A stretch of DNA of 64,000 nucleotides from Pantanalinema sp. Its GTDB lineage: Bacteria > Cyanobacteriota > Sericytochromatia > S15B-MN24 > UBA4093. The stretch spans positions 971 through 64,970 of the forward strand of contig DATNQI010000019.1 in the NCBI GenBank assembly GCA_036704125.1, given 5' to 3'. The translations under genes and the position numbers were made by a program. The notes beneath the pieces are model-generated. The model had not been told where the DNA came from. It searched no databases and saw only the letters and a program-made list of their open reading frames with translations. Each line of letters starts with the position of its first letter. The stretch's first letter is position 1. Shown here piece by piece: positions 36,103-46,020 of this stretch.

Positions 36103-36963
36103 TCAGTTTTTGCCTCGGGCTTCAAACGCTTCCCAGGCTTCCTGGCAGTGGGACGGCAGGATGAGCACGTCGGGCCGGGCCTGGTGAAACGCGTGAAGGC
36201 GGCTCATGGTGTCCAGGTAGCCCTTCCAGTCGGAGAAGATCAGGCGCGCGATCCCCATGGGCGGGCGGTTTTCCTTGAAGGCCCGGGTCTTGTAGACCGC
36301 GTCGGCCACCAGGAAGACGGGGCCCTCCTCGGTCCGGAGCATGAGGCCGTGGTGGCCCTCGGCGTGCCCCGGCAGGGGGACGGCGACGACGCTTTGGTCC
36401 CCGCACAGGTCGGCGCCCCGGTTGAACGGGGCGTAGGTCGCGCCCAGGTCGCAGGCGGGCAGGTCCTCGAAGTGGGAGGAGCGCGCCTCGAAGTCGTCGG
36501 GCAAGAGGCCCCTCAGGAAGCCCGCGCGCACCGCGCCGAGGCCCGTCAGAGGGCGCATGGCCGCGTAGCTCTCGGAAGAGTAGAGGTAGCGGGCCTCGGG
36601 AAAGTCCCGGACCGCCCCGACGTGATCCGCGTGAAAGTGGGACAGCACGACGGTCTTGACCTGCTCGGGCGCGACCCCTCGCGCGGCCAGCTGGGTGGCG
36701 GCGCTCTCTTCGGGGCTGAAGCTCACCGGCGTGAGCTTGGCGTAGAGGCGGTTGGGGTAGCTGGCGGTCTCCTGGTGGAAGCGATCGGAGTAGCCGGTGT
36801 CGAAGAGGATCGCGCCGTGCTCCGGGTGCGCGATGAGGGCCACCAGCGCGGGGAGGGTGCAGGGGCGCATGGGGGCCCCCTTCACGACGACCCCTTCCGG
36901 GTGGACGCAGGAGCCGGCGGCGAACAGGCGCAAGGTGACGGTGGGGGTGCGGCTGGTCTGCAT
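36103..36963 (-). CDS. MBL-fold metallo-hydrolase
   Basis: The HxHxDH motif (SHFHADHVG) and downstream His/Asp ligands are present. ATG 36961-36963 has AAAGGA upstream. Confidence 0.75.
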   Translation of the reverse strand: MQTSRTPTVTLRLFAAGSCVHPEGVVVKGAPMRPCTLPALVALIAHPEHGAILFDTGYSDRFHQETASYPNRLYAKLTPVSFSPEESAATQLAARGVAPEQVKTVVLSHFHADHVGAVRDFPEARYLYSSESYAAMRPLTGLGAVRAGFLRGLLPDDFEARSSHFEDLPACDLGATYAPFNRGADLCGDQSVVAVPLPGHAEGHHGLMLRTEEGPVFLVADAVYKTRAFKENRPPMGIARLIFSDWKGYLDTMSRLHAFHQARPDVLILPSHCQEAWEAFEARGKN

Positions 36964-37081
36964 CGACGGAGGTCCTTTCGGGATCGCGCGCTTTTCCCTG
37001 ACGTGCGAGGGCGTGTCGGATGATAGCATACGATCCCTCGGGGGTCAGTGCGCCTCCTCGAGACCGAGCAAGGAGTCGTCG

Positions 37082-38161
37082 GTGCAGCAAGCTTTGGACG
37101 TGGCGGTGATCGGGGCGGGGCAGGCGGGACTGGCGATGGGCTACCACCTCGCCAGGATCGGCCTGAGCTTCGAGCTGCTGGACGCGGCCCCGGCGATCGG
37201 CCAGGTGTGGCGCGATCGCTACGACTCGCTCACCCTCTTCACGCCTTCCCAGTACAACGACTTGCCCGGCATGCCCTTTCCCATGGCACCCGACCGCTAT
37301 GCCACCAAGGACGAGGTCGCGGATTACCTGGTGGCCTACGCCGAGCGATTCGAGCTGCCCGTCCGGTGCAACGCCCGGGTCTCGCGCCTTTCGCGGACGG
37401 CGGCGGGTTACCGGATCGAGGCGGGGGGCGAGGTCAAGGAGGCCAGGCAGGTCGTGGTCGCGACGGGGCCGTTTCAGCGCCCCTTCGTTCCGGCCTTCGC
37501 CTCGGCGCTCTCGCGCGAGGTGTTCCAGGTCCACAGCGCCATGTACCGGAACCCCGCGCAGCTCCCCGAGGGGGAGGTGCTGGTGGTGGGGGCCGGGAAC
37601 TCGGGCGCCCAGATCGCCGAGGAGCTGTCCGGCTCGCGCAAGGTCTATCTCTCGGTCGGCAGGCGTGATCTCCACCTGCCGCGGCGCTTCCTGGGGCGCG
37701 AGATGTTCTGGTGGCTCAAGGCCGTGGGCTTCCTCGATGTCTCGCTCGCCACGCCGATCGGTCGGTGGCTGAGGCGGCGAGACGTCCAGTTCTACACCGA
37801 TATCCCCCGGCTGGTCAGGGAGAACGGCCTGGAGCTTCTGGGGTGGGCGGTGGCTGCCGAGAACGACGCGATCGCCTTCGATGACGGCCGGCGCCTGGGC
37901 GTCAAGAGCGTCGTCTGGGCGACGGGCTTCCGGTACGATTTCGACTGGCTGCAGGTTCCTGTTCTCGACGAGCGGGGCAAGCCCCTCCATCGGCGGGGGG
38001 TGAGCGCCTCGGAAGGCCTCTACTTCCTCGGCCTGCCCTGGCTGTACCGGCGCAGCTCGGCCCAGCTGGGCGGCGTGGGACGGGATGCGGAGTTCCTGGC
38101 CCGGCGGATCGAGGAGGTGACCCTCGATCGCGCCGAAAAATCGAGCAAGCGAACCTCTTAG
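37082..38161 (+). CDS. FAD/NAD(P)-binding oxidoreductase (flavin-containing monooxygenase / CzcO-like)
   Basis: AAGGAG lies 6 nt before GTG 37082. The protein starts at a FAD GxGxxG (DVAVIGAGQAGL) and has a second NAD(P) GxGxxG (VVGAGNSGAQIA) and an ATGF motif. Confidence 0.75.
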   Translation: MQQALDVAVIGAGQAGLAMGYHLARIGLSFELLDAAPAIGQVWRDRYDSLTLFTPSQYNDLPGMPFPMAPDRYATKDEVADYLVAYAERFELPVRCNARVSRLSRTAAGYRIEAGGEVKEARQVVVATGPFQRPFVPAFASALSREVFQVHSAMYRNPAQLPEGEVLVVGAGNSGAQIAEELSGSRKVYLSVGRRDLHLPRRFLGREMFWWLKAVGFLDVSLATPIGRWLRRRDVQFYTDIPRLVRENGLELLGWAVAAENDAIAFDDGRRLGVKSVVWATGFRYDFDWLQVPVLDERGKPLHRRGVSASEGLYFLGLPWLYRRSSAQLGGVGRDAEFLARRIEEVTLDRAEKSSKRTS

Positions 38162-38199
38162 GCGCTGCGGGCGCACGAAACCCGCGGCCTGCCGGGGTC

Positions 38200-38208
38200 T
38201 GCTATAAT
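38200..38208 (+). promoter_or_regulatory. extended -10 promoter (TGcTATAAT) positioned for a leaderless transcript of the 38215 gene
   Basis: TGnTATAAT ends 6 nt before GTG 38215, and no SD is present. Confidence 0.45.
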
Positions 38209-38214
38209 GCTCGC

Positions 38215-39216
38215 GTGCCAAAACCCAAGACCATCCAGCTCCGCCTCAAGAGTCAGGCGCAGATCCTCTCCGCCTTCGTGTCCGCCTTCAGGCGGACGCT
38301 GATCACGCACAAGCCGGCGCCGTCCGACCACGAGCGCCTGGCCGAGATCGAAGAAGGGGCCATGCGGATCTGGGCCCACAACGTCTGTTTGTACTTCGAC
38401 GACGACGTGGTCCTCAGGCTCAAGGACTTCGTCGCCGATCTGCAGGTGCTGGATCCGACCACGCCCTTCATCCCCGAGCTCAAGGACTCCTACGTCATCA
38501 ACATCCGCGAGGGCCAGATCCGGCTGAGCGCCGCGAGCCTCGAGGCGCTCATGGGGCGCTACATCCTGCCTTCGGCGGGCTCGCCCCTCAAGGATGCGCG
38601 CCTCTCCATCTCGGGCGATCGCATGATCCTGCGGGCCAAGGCCCGCAAGTTCGGCCTCGACGTGCCCATCACCATGGAGTGCGAGGTGAGCGTGGGGCCC
38701 GAGGGGATGATCGAGCTCTTGCCGCAGCGCCTCGCCGTCTCCGAGGTCGGCATCGGCGGCATGATCAAGCTCTTCAACCTGGAGCTCGACCGTCTGCTTG
38801 AGATCCCCCCGGACGCCCCCCTGCGCGTGTCGGGCAACCAGATCACCATCGATCCGGCGGGGATCTTCCCCTCGCCCAAGGCGATCGGCCGCCCCACCGC
38901 GGTCCGGATCGAGCGCGGCGAGCTGGTCCTCGCCTACTCCGGCCCCGCGCCCGCCGAGGCGGCGCCCCTGCTCGACCCCCAGGCCCCCAACTACATGGTC
39001 TGCATGGGCCACGATCTGCTCGTCGGCAAGATGATGATGCACGACGCCCACTTCCAGATCGTCAACCAGGATCCCGCCTCGCACCTGGACTTCTCCCTCG
39101 ACCACTACCGCTCGCAGCTGGCCGCGGGCAGCAGCTCGCTGCACGCCGGCGACCAGCTCCTGGTGCGCCTGCCCAACCTGGGGCCCTCGACGCGCGGCGG
39201 GACCGGCCCGATTTAA
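38215..39216 (+). CDS. hypothetical protein (no recognisable domain)
   Basis: A 333-aa ORF with typical codon usage and a GTG start directly after the -10 element. Confidence 0.5.
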   Translation: MPKPKTIQLRLKSQAQILSAFVSAFRRTLITHKPAPSDHERLAEIEEGAMRIWAHNVCLYFDDDVVLRLKDFVADLQVLDPTTPFIPELKDSYVINIREGQIRLSAASLEALMGRYILPSAGSPLKDARLSISGDRMILRAKARKFGLDVPITMECEVSVGPEGMIELLPQRLAVSEVGIGGMIKLFNLELDRLLEIPPDAPLRVSGNQITIDPAGIFPSPKAIGRPTAVRIERGELVLAYSGPAPAEAAPLLDPQAPNYMVCMGHDLLVGKMMMHDAHFQIVNQDPASHLDFSLDHYRSQLAAGSSSLHAGDQLLVRLPNLGPSTRGGTGPI

Positions 39217-39345
39217 CGGCCGATTTAACGCAAGTTTTGCCTAAGCTTACAGAGGCTTTAGGATCCCTTCCGCAACTCCCCCGGCCGGCACGGCGATATC
39301 TCTCTTGTCGAGGGCGCACGAATGCGCAGCTAGAGGAGAGAGCCG

Positions 39346-40788
39346 ATGCACCGGATGATTCGCCAGACCTGCTCGCTGATCCTGGCTGCCGCCTCCTTCG
39401 GCCTCACCGGCTGCGGCCGCGACGCGATGGCCCCGACCGTCACCCCCTTCGTCGCCAAGAAGGCCGCAAGCGCCCAGAGCCCCGCTCAGACCGGCGCCGA
39501 GCTGGGCGGCCTTCCCGCCGTGACCCTCCCCCAGGACCAGGGCCTTTCTGCCGACTTCGGTGACGCCTCGATCGTCGCTTCCTTGCCCGGCGCGGGTGCC
39601 GCCCTCGACTCCGAGGCCCCCTCGGACGCCAGTGCCGACGGCGCCGACTTCACCCTCAGCCGCCCCATGGCCGTCCGCAACCAGATCATCGTCCAGGTCA
39701 AGCCCGGCGCCGCCTACCAGGTGGCCCGCTTCGCCCAGGAGACCGGCTCGCGCGTCGTCCAGAGCATCGACGTGGGCACCCGCTTCCAGGTCGTCACCCT
39801 GCCTGCCGGCATGAGCGTCGTCGACGGGATGGCCAAGTACGGCGCGGCCTCGGGCGTCGCCGCGGTCATGCCCAACCGCATCTACGGCGTCACCGCCTCG
39901 GCCGCCGAGCCCAACGACCCCTACTTCGGCAAGCAGTGGGGCGCCGACAAGATCGATGCGAGCGCCGCCTGGGCCAAGAACATCGACGCGAGCGGCACGA
40001 CCGTCGCCGTCCTCGACACCGGCGTCGACTACCGTCACCCCGAGTTCGGAAGCCGCGTCATCCGGGGCTGGAACTTCGCCGACAACACCAGCGACGTGAT
40101 GGACCGCTTCGGCCACGGCACCCACGTGGCGGGCATCATCGGCGCCGGCGGCAACAACGGCGTCGGCGTCGCCGGGGTGGCCTGGAACGCCAAGATCCTC
40201 GCGGTCAAGGTCCTCGGCGACAACGGCCAGGGCTCGACGGCCGCCGTCATCAGCGGCATCCGCTATGCCGCCGACATGGGCGTCAAGATCATCAACATGA
40301 GCCTCGGCTCGCCCGACACCACCGTCGACCCCGCCCTCTCGACCGCCATCGCCTACGCCAACGCCAAGGGCTGCCTGGTCATCGCCGCGGCCGGCAACAA
40401 CCACGGCGAGGTCGGCTCGCCCGCCAACGACCCCGGCGCGATCGCCGTCAGCTCGACCTCCAAGTTCCTCTTCTGGGAGTACATGTCCTGGTTCTCGAAC
40501 TCCGGCACCAAGATCGAGGTCTCGGCGCCCGGCGGCAGCATCTACTCGACCCTTCCCCTCGATGCCAACAAGACCGGCGCCACCGGCTACGGCAAGCTCT
40601 CGGGCACCTCGATGGCCGCTCCCTTCGTCTCGGGTGAGGCGGCGCTCATCTGGGCCAAGCACCCGAGCTGGACGGCCCAGCAGGTCCGCAACGCCATCAC
40701 CAGCGGCGTGGACCACAAGGGCAGCGCCGGCCGCAACTCCCGCTACGGCTACGGCCGCATCAACCTCGAGAAGGCGCTTTCGCTTTAA
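39346..40788 (+). CDS. subtilisin-like serine protease (peptidase S8) lipoprotein
   Basis: Lipobox (LTGC) and the catalytic triad contexts DTGVDYRHPEF, HGTHVAGIIG and GTSMAAPFVSG. Confidence 0.9.
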   Translation: MHRMIRQTCSLILAAASFGLTGCGRDAMAPTVTPFVAKKAASAQSPAQTGAELGGLPAVTLPQDQGLSADFGDASIVASLPGAGAALDSEAPSDASADGADFTLSRPMAVRNQIIVQVKPGAAYQVARFAQETGSRVVQSIDVGTRFQVVTLPAGMSVVDGMAKYGAASGVAAVMPNRIYGVTASAAEPNDPYFGKQWGADKIDASAAWAKNIDASGTTVAVLDTGVDYRHPEFGSRVIRGWNFADNTSDVMDRFGHGTHVAGIIGAGGNNGVGVAGVAWNAKILAVKVLGDNGQGSTAAVISGIRYAADMGVKIINMSLGSPDTTVDPALSTAIAYANAKGCLVIAAAGNNHGEVGSPANDPGAIAVSSTSKFLFWEYMSWFSNSGTKIEVSAPGGSIYSTLPLDANKTGATGYGKLSGTSMAAPFVSGEAALIWAKHPSWTAQQVRNAITSGVDHKGSAGRNSRYGYGRINLEKALSL

Positions 40789-40793
40789 GCGAG

Positions 40794-40844
40794 ACCAGAC
40801 GCGACGAAGGGGGCGGATGATTCCGCCCCCTTCGTCGCGTCTGG
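40794..40844. terminator. bidirectional terminator hairpin (23-bp perfect stem)
   Basis: ccagacgcgacgaagggggcgga-tgat-tccgcccccttcgtcgcgtctgg. Confidence 0.7.
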
Positions 40845-40846
40845 AT

Positions 40847-41161
40847 TCAGGAGAGGTAGCCCTTGGCGCGGAGCTTGGCCTCGTGGTGGGCAAGGAGCGC
40901 CTGCAGGTCGATCCCGTGCTGCTCTTCGAGCACGTACATCATGGTGGCCGCGGTCTGGGCCACGTCCAGAAGCTCGCTTCCCACCAGGCCGAGGGCCTCG
41001 CCCTCGCTCAGGGTGGTCGCCTCGCCCGAGAGGCCGCGGAGCTTGCCGATGGCCTGGGCGAGCTCGCCCGCTTCCTCCATCAGCTTGAGGGCCGTGGATT
41101 CGAGCGACGGGCGCAGGCCGTCGAGTTTGGGGAAGCTGAGGGCGCGGCGTGTGGTGGTCAT
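40847..41161 (-). CDS. MazG-like nucleotide pyrophosphohydrolase domain protein
   Basis: ~104 aa with the all-alpha EExGE-like pattern (LMEEAGELAQAI…SEGEALGLVGSELLDV). Confidence 0.6.
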   Translation of the reverse strand: MTTTRRALSFPKLDGLRPSLESTALKLMEEAGELAQAIGKLRGLSGEATTLSEGEALGLVGSELLDVAQTAATMMYVLEEQHGIDLQALLAHHEAKLRAKGYLS

Positions 41162-41273
41162 GGCCCCATGCTAGCACGACGACTGTCGTTCGTCGCCTTT
41201 CAGGGGCGCCGCGGAGTGGTTAAATGGTCCCGTGACGCGCCCTGGGGGGCGCATCGGAGCCGCAGGAGCCGCC

Positions 41274-43517
41274 ATGGCCGCTGGGAATGAAGGGCTGAGC
41301 CGGGATGGGCCGAATCCCTGGCTCGGGCGTTACTGGCCCCTGGTACTGACGCTGTGCCTGGGAATCCTGCTCTCGTGTCTTTTCGCCCTGCGGGTCGCCG
41401 CCTATCAGCGCGATCGCGACCACCTGGTCTTCGAGCGGCACGCGAGCGACGTCGCGGGCACCCTGCGCGTGACCATAAGCGCCTACGAGGCCCCCCTGGC
41501 CAACATCCGCGCCCTCTTTTCCGCCTCCAACAAGGTCGAGCGGCACGACTTCGCGCTCTTCACGCTCGAGACCCTGGAGCGCCTGCCCGGGATCCTCAGC
41601 CTCGCCTGGCTCCCGAGGGTGCCGGGGGATGAGCGCGAGGCCTTCGTGGCGGCGGCCCGGCGCGGTGGCCTCACGGGCTATCGCTTCTGGCAGTGGGGCG
41701 AGCAGGGGAGCAGGGTGCCGGTCCCCGGGCAGCCCGAGTACTTCCCCGTCCTTTACGCCGTGCCCGAGCGCCTCGACTGGAGCCTCCTCGGCCAGTGCAA
41801 CGCCTCGGCGGATCGTTTGCAGGCCCTCTACCGCGCGCGGGACACCGGTGAGCTCGCGGTGTCGAACCTCGCGCCGCTGCGCGTGCATGGCAACCAGCCC
41901 GGGATCCTGATGTCGCTTGCGATCTACGCGCCCGAGGCGCGCCCCGCGAGCCTCCAAGCCCGCAGGGCGAAGCTCGTAGGCTTCGCCATGATGGCGCTCT
42001 CCTTCGAGCGCCTCTTCGCGGACGCCCTTCGCCAGACGGACCTCGACGGCCTGCGCTTCCGGCTGATCGACGAGACCGCGCCGCCCTCGGCTCGGCTCCT
42101 CTACGCCAGCCGGGGGGATGATTCGCGCTCGGAGGCCAGCATCCGCGAGGGGGTGAACTGGCGCCTGAGCCGGGTGGTCGGGGGGCATCGCTGGACCTTC
42201 CTCTTCTATCCCGCGGCGTCGCCCTCGCCCTGGGGGGGCTGGCTGGCGCTGGTGGGCGGGTTCGCGGCCACGGGCCTGTCGTATCTTTACCTTCACGCTT
42301 TGCTCAGCCGCACCGCACAGATCGAGGCGACCGTCGTCCAGCGCACCCACGAGCTGTCGCGGACCAACGAGCGCCTGGCGTACGCCCTCTCGTCCCGCGA
42401 GGATGCCGAGCGGGCGCTCAGGGAGACCGAGAACAAGCTGCGTGCCGTCATCGACCACACGACGGACGCCATCTTCATCAAGGACCTCGCGGGGCGTTAC
42501 CTCCTGGCCAACCCCGCGACCGCGGCCTTCCTCGGGAAGGCCCCCGAGGAGATCCTCGGCAAGGACGATCGGGCCTTCTTCGGTGCCGAGGCCGCGGGCT
42601 GGCTGATGGCGAAGGATGCCGGGATCATGCGCGAGGGAGGGGTCTCGACCGGCGAGGAGGCGCTCACCTTCAAGGACGGCAAGCCGCGCCTGTTCTTGTC
42701 GACCAAGTTCCCCTTCGTCTCGCCCGAGGGCAGGACCCTCGGCCTGATCGGGATGAGCCGGGACATCACCGATTACAAGCGATCGCTCGACGAGATGGTG
42801 CGCCGCACCGCGGAGCTCGAGCAGACCAAGGAGCTGTCGCGCCTCAAGGACCACTTCCTTTCCACCCTCTCCCACGAGATGAAGACCCCGATCTCCTTGA
42901 TCGTGGGGTACGGCGAGCTCCTGCAGGACAAGTACGCGCCCGAGCCCCTCATCACCGGCCTGATGGACGGCTGCCGCCGCCTGACCGAGCACATCAACAC
43001 CATCCTCGACTACAGCGCCCTGCTCTCGGGGAGCCTGCCCCTGTACTGGACCGAGGTGGACCTCGCCGAGGTGCTCGGCCAGGCGTGGTCCCTGGTCGAG
43101 CGGGACTTCGAGGCCAAGGGCCTGCACTGGGAATACACGATCGACCCGCAGACGCCCCCGGTGTGGGGCGATTTTCGCCGCATCACCCAGATCCTGCGCG
43201 AGCTGCTCGACAACGCCCGCAAGTTCACCCCCGCCGGCGGGCGCGTGGGGGTCCGGGTCGCACCGGAAGGCGACGGGGTGCGGCTCGAGGTGTGGGACAC
43301 CGGCCAGGGCATCCCGCCCGAGGCGCAAGAGCGGATCTGGACGGCCTTCACCCAGATCGAGACCCAGGACGCCGCGCGGTCCGGGGGCCTGGGACTCGGC
43401 CTCACCATCGTCAAGCAGCTCGTGGAGCTGCACCGGGGGAGCGTGACGATGGGGTGCCGGCCGGGCGAAGGGTGCCGGTTCTCGGTCCTCTTGCCCACGC
43501 GGCGGCCCGGGGCGTGA
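41274..43517 (+). CDS. sensor histidine kinase with periplasmic CHASE domain, PAS domain, HisKA and HATPase_c
   Basis: TM1, a CHASE-like region (…EYFPVLYAVPE…LGQCNASADRLQALYRARDTGELAVS…) and TM2, then PAS, the H-box LSTLSHEMKTPI, and N/G1/G2 boxes. ATG 41274 with AGGAG upstream. Confidence 0.8.
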   Translation: MAAGNEGLSRDGPNPWLGRYWPLVLTLCLGILLSCLFALRVAAYQRDRDHLVFERHASDVAGTLRVTISAYEAPLANIRALFSASNKVERHDFALFTLETLERLPGILSLAWLPRVPGDEREAFVAAARRGGLTGYRFWQWGEQGSRVPVPGQPEYFPVLYAVPERLDWSLLGQCNASADRLQALYRARDTGELAVSNLAPLRVHGNQPGILMSLAIYAPEARPASLQARRAKLVGFAMMALSFERLFADALRQTDLDGLRFRLIDETAPPSARLLYASRGDDSRSEASIREGVNWRLSRVVGGHRWTFLFYPAASPSPWGGWLALVGGFAATGLSYLYLHALLSRTAQIEATVVQRTHELSRTNERLAYALSSREDAERALRETENKLRAVIDHTTDAIFIKDLAGRYLLANPATAAFLGKAPEEILGKDDRAFFGAEAAGWLMAKDAGIMREGGVSTGEEALTFKDGKPRLFLSTKFPFVSPEGRTLGLIGMSRDITDYKRSLDEMVRRTAELEQTKELSRLKDHFLSTLSHEMKTPISLIVGYGELLQDKYAPEPLITGLMDGCRRLTEHINTILDYSALLSGSLPLYWTEVDLAEVLGQAWSLVERDFEAKGLHWEYTIDPQTPPVWGDFRRITQILRELLDNARKFTPAGGRVGVRVAPEGDGVRLEVWDTGQGIPPEAQERIWTAFTQIETQDAARSGGLGLGLTIVKQLVELHRGSVTMGCRPGEGCRFSVLLPTRRPGA

Positions 43518-43527
43518 CGGCCTCTTG

Positions 43528-43556
43528 TTGACAGCTTCCGGGCGAGTCGCTAGGTT
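43528..43556 (+). promoter_or_regulatory. sigma70-like promoter upstream of queF (TTGACA-17-TAGGTT)
   Basis: Perfect -35 TTGACA, a 17-bp spacer, and a -10 TAGGTT ~34 nt before the ATG. Confidence 0.4.
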
Positions 43557-43589
43557 GGAGGCCTCGCTCCCATAGAAAGGATCCCCCTC

Positions 43590-43982
43590 ATGGACAACCT
43601 CACCCAGCTCGGCAAGCAGACACGTTTCCCCCAGACGCCCGAGGAGGCCAAGCTCGAGAGCTTCCCCAACACCCACCCCGGCCGCGACTACCTGATCCAG
43701 TTCACCTGCCCCGAGTTCACCGCCTTCTGCCCCATCACGGGCCAGCCCGACTTCGCCGAGATCCGGATCGAGTACACCCCGGACGCGCTGTGCGTCGAGC
43801 TCAAGAGCCTCAAGCTCTACCTGGGCTCCTTCCGCAACGTCGGCATCTTCCACGAGAACATCACCAACCGCATCCTGGACGACCTGGTCGCCGTGCTCTC
43901 GCCCCGCTACATGCAGGTGGTGGGGGACTTCACCGTCCGCGGCGGCATCAAGACCGTCGTGACCGCCACCTACCGCAAGTAG
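43590..43982 (+). CDS. queF: NADPH-dependent 7-cyano-7-deazaguanine reductase (type I QueF)
   Basis: ~130 aa with the QueF motif (…FTCPEFTAFCPITGQPDFA…) and the catalytic Cys/E(S/L)K(S/A)hK(L/Y)(Y/F/W) signature (VELKSLKLYLGSFRN). Confidence 0.9.
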   Translation: MDNLTQLGKQTRFPQTPEEAKLESFPNTHPGRDYLIQFTCPEFTAFCPITGQPDFAEIRIEYTPDALCVELKSLKLYLGSFRNVGIFHENITNRILDDLVAVLSPRYMQVVGDFTVRGGIKTVVTATYRK

Positions 43983-43998
43983 GGGATCGGAGGGGCCC

Positions 43999-44487
43999 AT
44001 GCGCCACCGGCTCGCCCTCGGGTTGTTCGTCGCCCTGCTGCCGGCGTGCGCCGGGGCGGGCCTTCATGAGGAGGTCGCGGTGCGCTTCAGCACGCGCTCG
44101 GATGCCGTCGTGATCACCCAGCGCCACACCACCGGCACGGTGGGCCCCCAGTACTTCCACGAGGACACCGTCGTGGTTCACGGCGACGGGGCGTGGCAGG
44201 CGACGCGCGTCTACCCCTTCACCGACCCCGAGCGCCGCGAGGCCCTGGGGGCGGGCACCCTCTCGCCGGAGGGACTGAAGGCCCTGGTGGACGTGGCCGC
44301 GGCGCAGCCGCGCTTCCTGGATCTGCCCGCCGTGTCGGACGACCGGAGCATCGGGGGGGGGACGCGCCGGATCGAGCTGGCTCTCGAGAGCGGCACCCAC
44401 TCGGTCTCGGTCTCGGGGCGCGCCCCCGAGGCCTTCGAGCGCTTCGACCAGGCGATCGCATCGGCGACCGTGGCCCTGACCCCCTGA
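43999..44487 (+). CDS. hypothetical lipoprotein
   Basis: GGAGGGG before the ATG and a lipobox (LLPACAG); no known domain. Confidence 0.5.
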   Translation: MRHRLALGLFVALLPACAGAGLHEEVAVRFSTRSDAVVITQRHTTGTVGPQYFHEDTVVVHGDGAWQATRVYPFTDPERREALGAGTLSPEGLKALVDVAAAQPRFLDLPAVSDDRSIGGGTRRIELALESGTHSVSVSGRAPEAFERFDQAIASATVALTP

Positions 44488-44492
44488 CCGGA

Positions 44493-44540
44493 GCCATGGG
44501 CGAGGCCCGCGAATATTGGTTCGCGGGCCTCGCCCATGGC
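44493..44540. terminator. bidirectional terminator hairpin (21-bp perfect stem)
   Basis: gccatgggcgaggcccgcgaa-tattgg-ttcgcgggcctcgcccatggc. Confidence 0.7.
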
Positions 44541-44550
44541 ATCCTCGGCC

Positions 44551-45000
44551 TCAGCGCTGCTGGCCTTCCTTCCACTGCATGGGCATGTAGCTGTTCTCGC
44601 CGGTCTGCAGGTAGATCCGGTCGAGCGCCTTGGGCGGGGTCTTGCCGGGGGTGATCGGGCCGCCGCCGCCCCCTTCGGCCCCCTGCGCGACGTTCGCGTA
44701 GAGGTTGTAGCCTTTATCCTGGCCCACCACGCGCATCTGGCCCTGGGGGAAGGTCACGCGGTGCTGGGCGTCCTGGACGGGGACCCAGTCGTGGCCTCCA
44801 TGCTGGACGACCAGGTTCGGCTTGGCGGCCGGATCGTAGTAGGCCGTCTGGTGCGTTCCCCCGCGCGGCCAGAAGCTGATCGCGATCGGGATCAAGAGCA
44901 GCGCGAGCAGCAGGAAGGGCCACAGGGGCATGGATTTGCGCGGATGCTCGGGAGGAAGGTGCTCCCGATCCGGCTCATGCTTGGCATGCAGCTTCGCCAT
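44551..45000 (-). CDS. hypothetical single-pass membrane protein
   Basis: GGGGAGG before the ATG and a TM helix (LWPFLLLALLLIPIAISFW); downstream of the YsnF-like gene on the same strand. Confidence 0.5.
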   Translation of the reverse strand: MAKLHAKHEPDREHLPPEHPRKSMPLWPFLLLALLLIPIAISFWPRGGTHQTAYYDPAAKPNLVVQHGGHDWVPVQDAQHRVTFPQGQMRVVGQDKGYNLYANVAQGAEGGGGGPITPGKTPPKALDRIYLQTGENSYMPMQWKEGQQR

Positions 45001-45012
45001 GGTGGCCTCCCC

Positions 45013-45828
45013 TCATTCCTTCTTCAGCTCATCGATCCTGTTGCGCATCTTCTCGGAGAGGGTCTTCTCGTGCCGCTCGGGCTCGGTGCCGGAGAACTCG
45101 AGCTCCTCTTCGCGCACCTTGTCGTGGATGACCTTGTTCTCGGTCTCGACCTCCTTGCGCAGGATGATCTCTTCCTTGACGTAGGGCACCTTCTCGACCA
45201 CGGCCTCCTCGGCCATGATCGACATGCGGATCTCCTTGTCGCCCTCTCCGAACTTGCCCTCGGTGAGCGGCTTGTTGACGGGGTGCCGCTCGATCTCGAC
45301 GTGCTCCTTGCGCAGGGAGACGGTCTCCTCGACCGGAACCTCCTCGACCCGCTTCCTGGCGATCACCTCGCCGACCTGCGTGCTGCGCTTGCCGACCTTG
45401 AGCCGCTCCTCGATCAGGTTCAGGCGCTCGCTCTCGTGCTTGAACTCGGCGCGGCCGTAGTCGATCCCGGGCTCCTTGAAGAGCGTGGAGTAGGCCTGGG
45501 CTCCCTTGGTCATCGTGCCGCTCTCGTCGTAGACCGCGAAGCGGGTCGTGTCCTGGGCGCCCGCTTCGCGGAAGGTCGCCGCCTTCTTGGTCTCGTCGAT
45601 GTCGATCAGGCCGATGGGGACCAGCCGGATCTGGTTTTCGACCTTGAGCCCCATGTAGCGGATGGGCAAGTAACCTCGGCTGTCCTCGTGGTCGTGCTCG
45701 GTGTCGACCAGCAGACTGTCGATCTCGCCCACCTTCTTGCCGAGCCGGTCGCTGACCGCCCAGCCCCGGATATCGGGTTCGCCCTCCGCCACGTGATAGT
45801 CGGGGAGGTCCTGTAACCGCCGAAGCAT
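45013..45828 (-). CDS. PRC-barrel + YsnF/AvaK (DUF2382) domain stress-response protein
   Basis: PRC-barrel N-terminus (…VSDRLGKKVGEIDSLLVD…) and a C-terminal DUF2382-like repeat region rich in E/K/V. Confidence 0.65.
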   Translation of the reverse strand: MLRRLQDLPDYHVAEGEPDIRGWAVSDRLGKKVGEIDSLLVDTEHDHEDSRGYLPIRYMGLKVENQIRLVPIGLIDIDETKKAATFREAGAQDTTRFAVYDESGTMTKGAQAYSTLFKEPGIDYGRAEFKHESERLNLIEERLKVGKRSTQVGEVIARKRVEEVPVEETVSLRKEHVEIERHPVNKPLTEGKFGEGDKEIRMSIMAEEAVVEKVPYVKEEIILRKEVETENKVIHDKVREEELEFSGTEPERHEKTLSEKMRNRIDELKKE

Positions 45829-46020
45829 AACCGTCCTCCTTCCAGGATGGGGGCGCAGGCCGTCGTGGACGGGCGAGCGCCGGAAGCGCCTGCGTTTCGG
45901 CCATCTTCCCCCTCGCTTTCAGGGATGTAAATGCACGAACGGAGGATGGTGCGCCGTGCCCATGCGGCGCTCGGGTTGGCGGTACAATGAGGGGGATCGC
46001 TGAACGAGGAGAACCCGCCC

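Noticed and set aside
43518-43589. preQ1 riboswitch upstream of queF
   Set aside because: The predicted 5' UTR is only ~30 nt and lacks the conserved preQ1-I/II loop sequences. A plain promoter plus SD explains the region.
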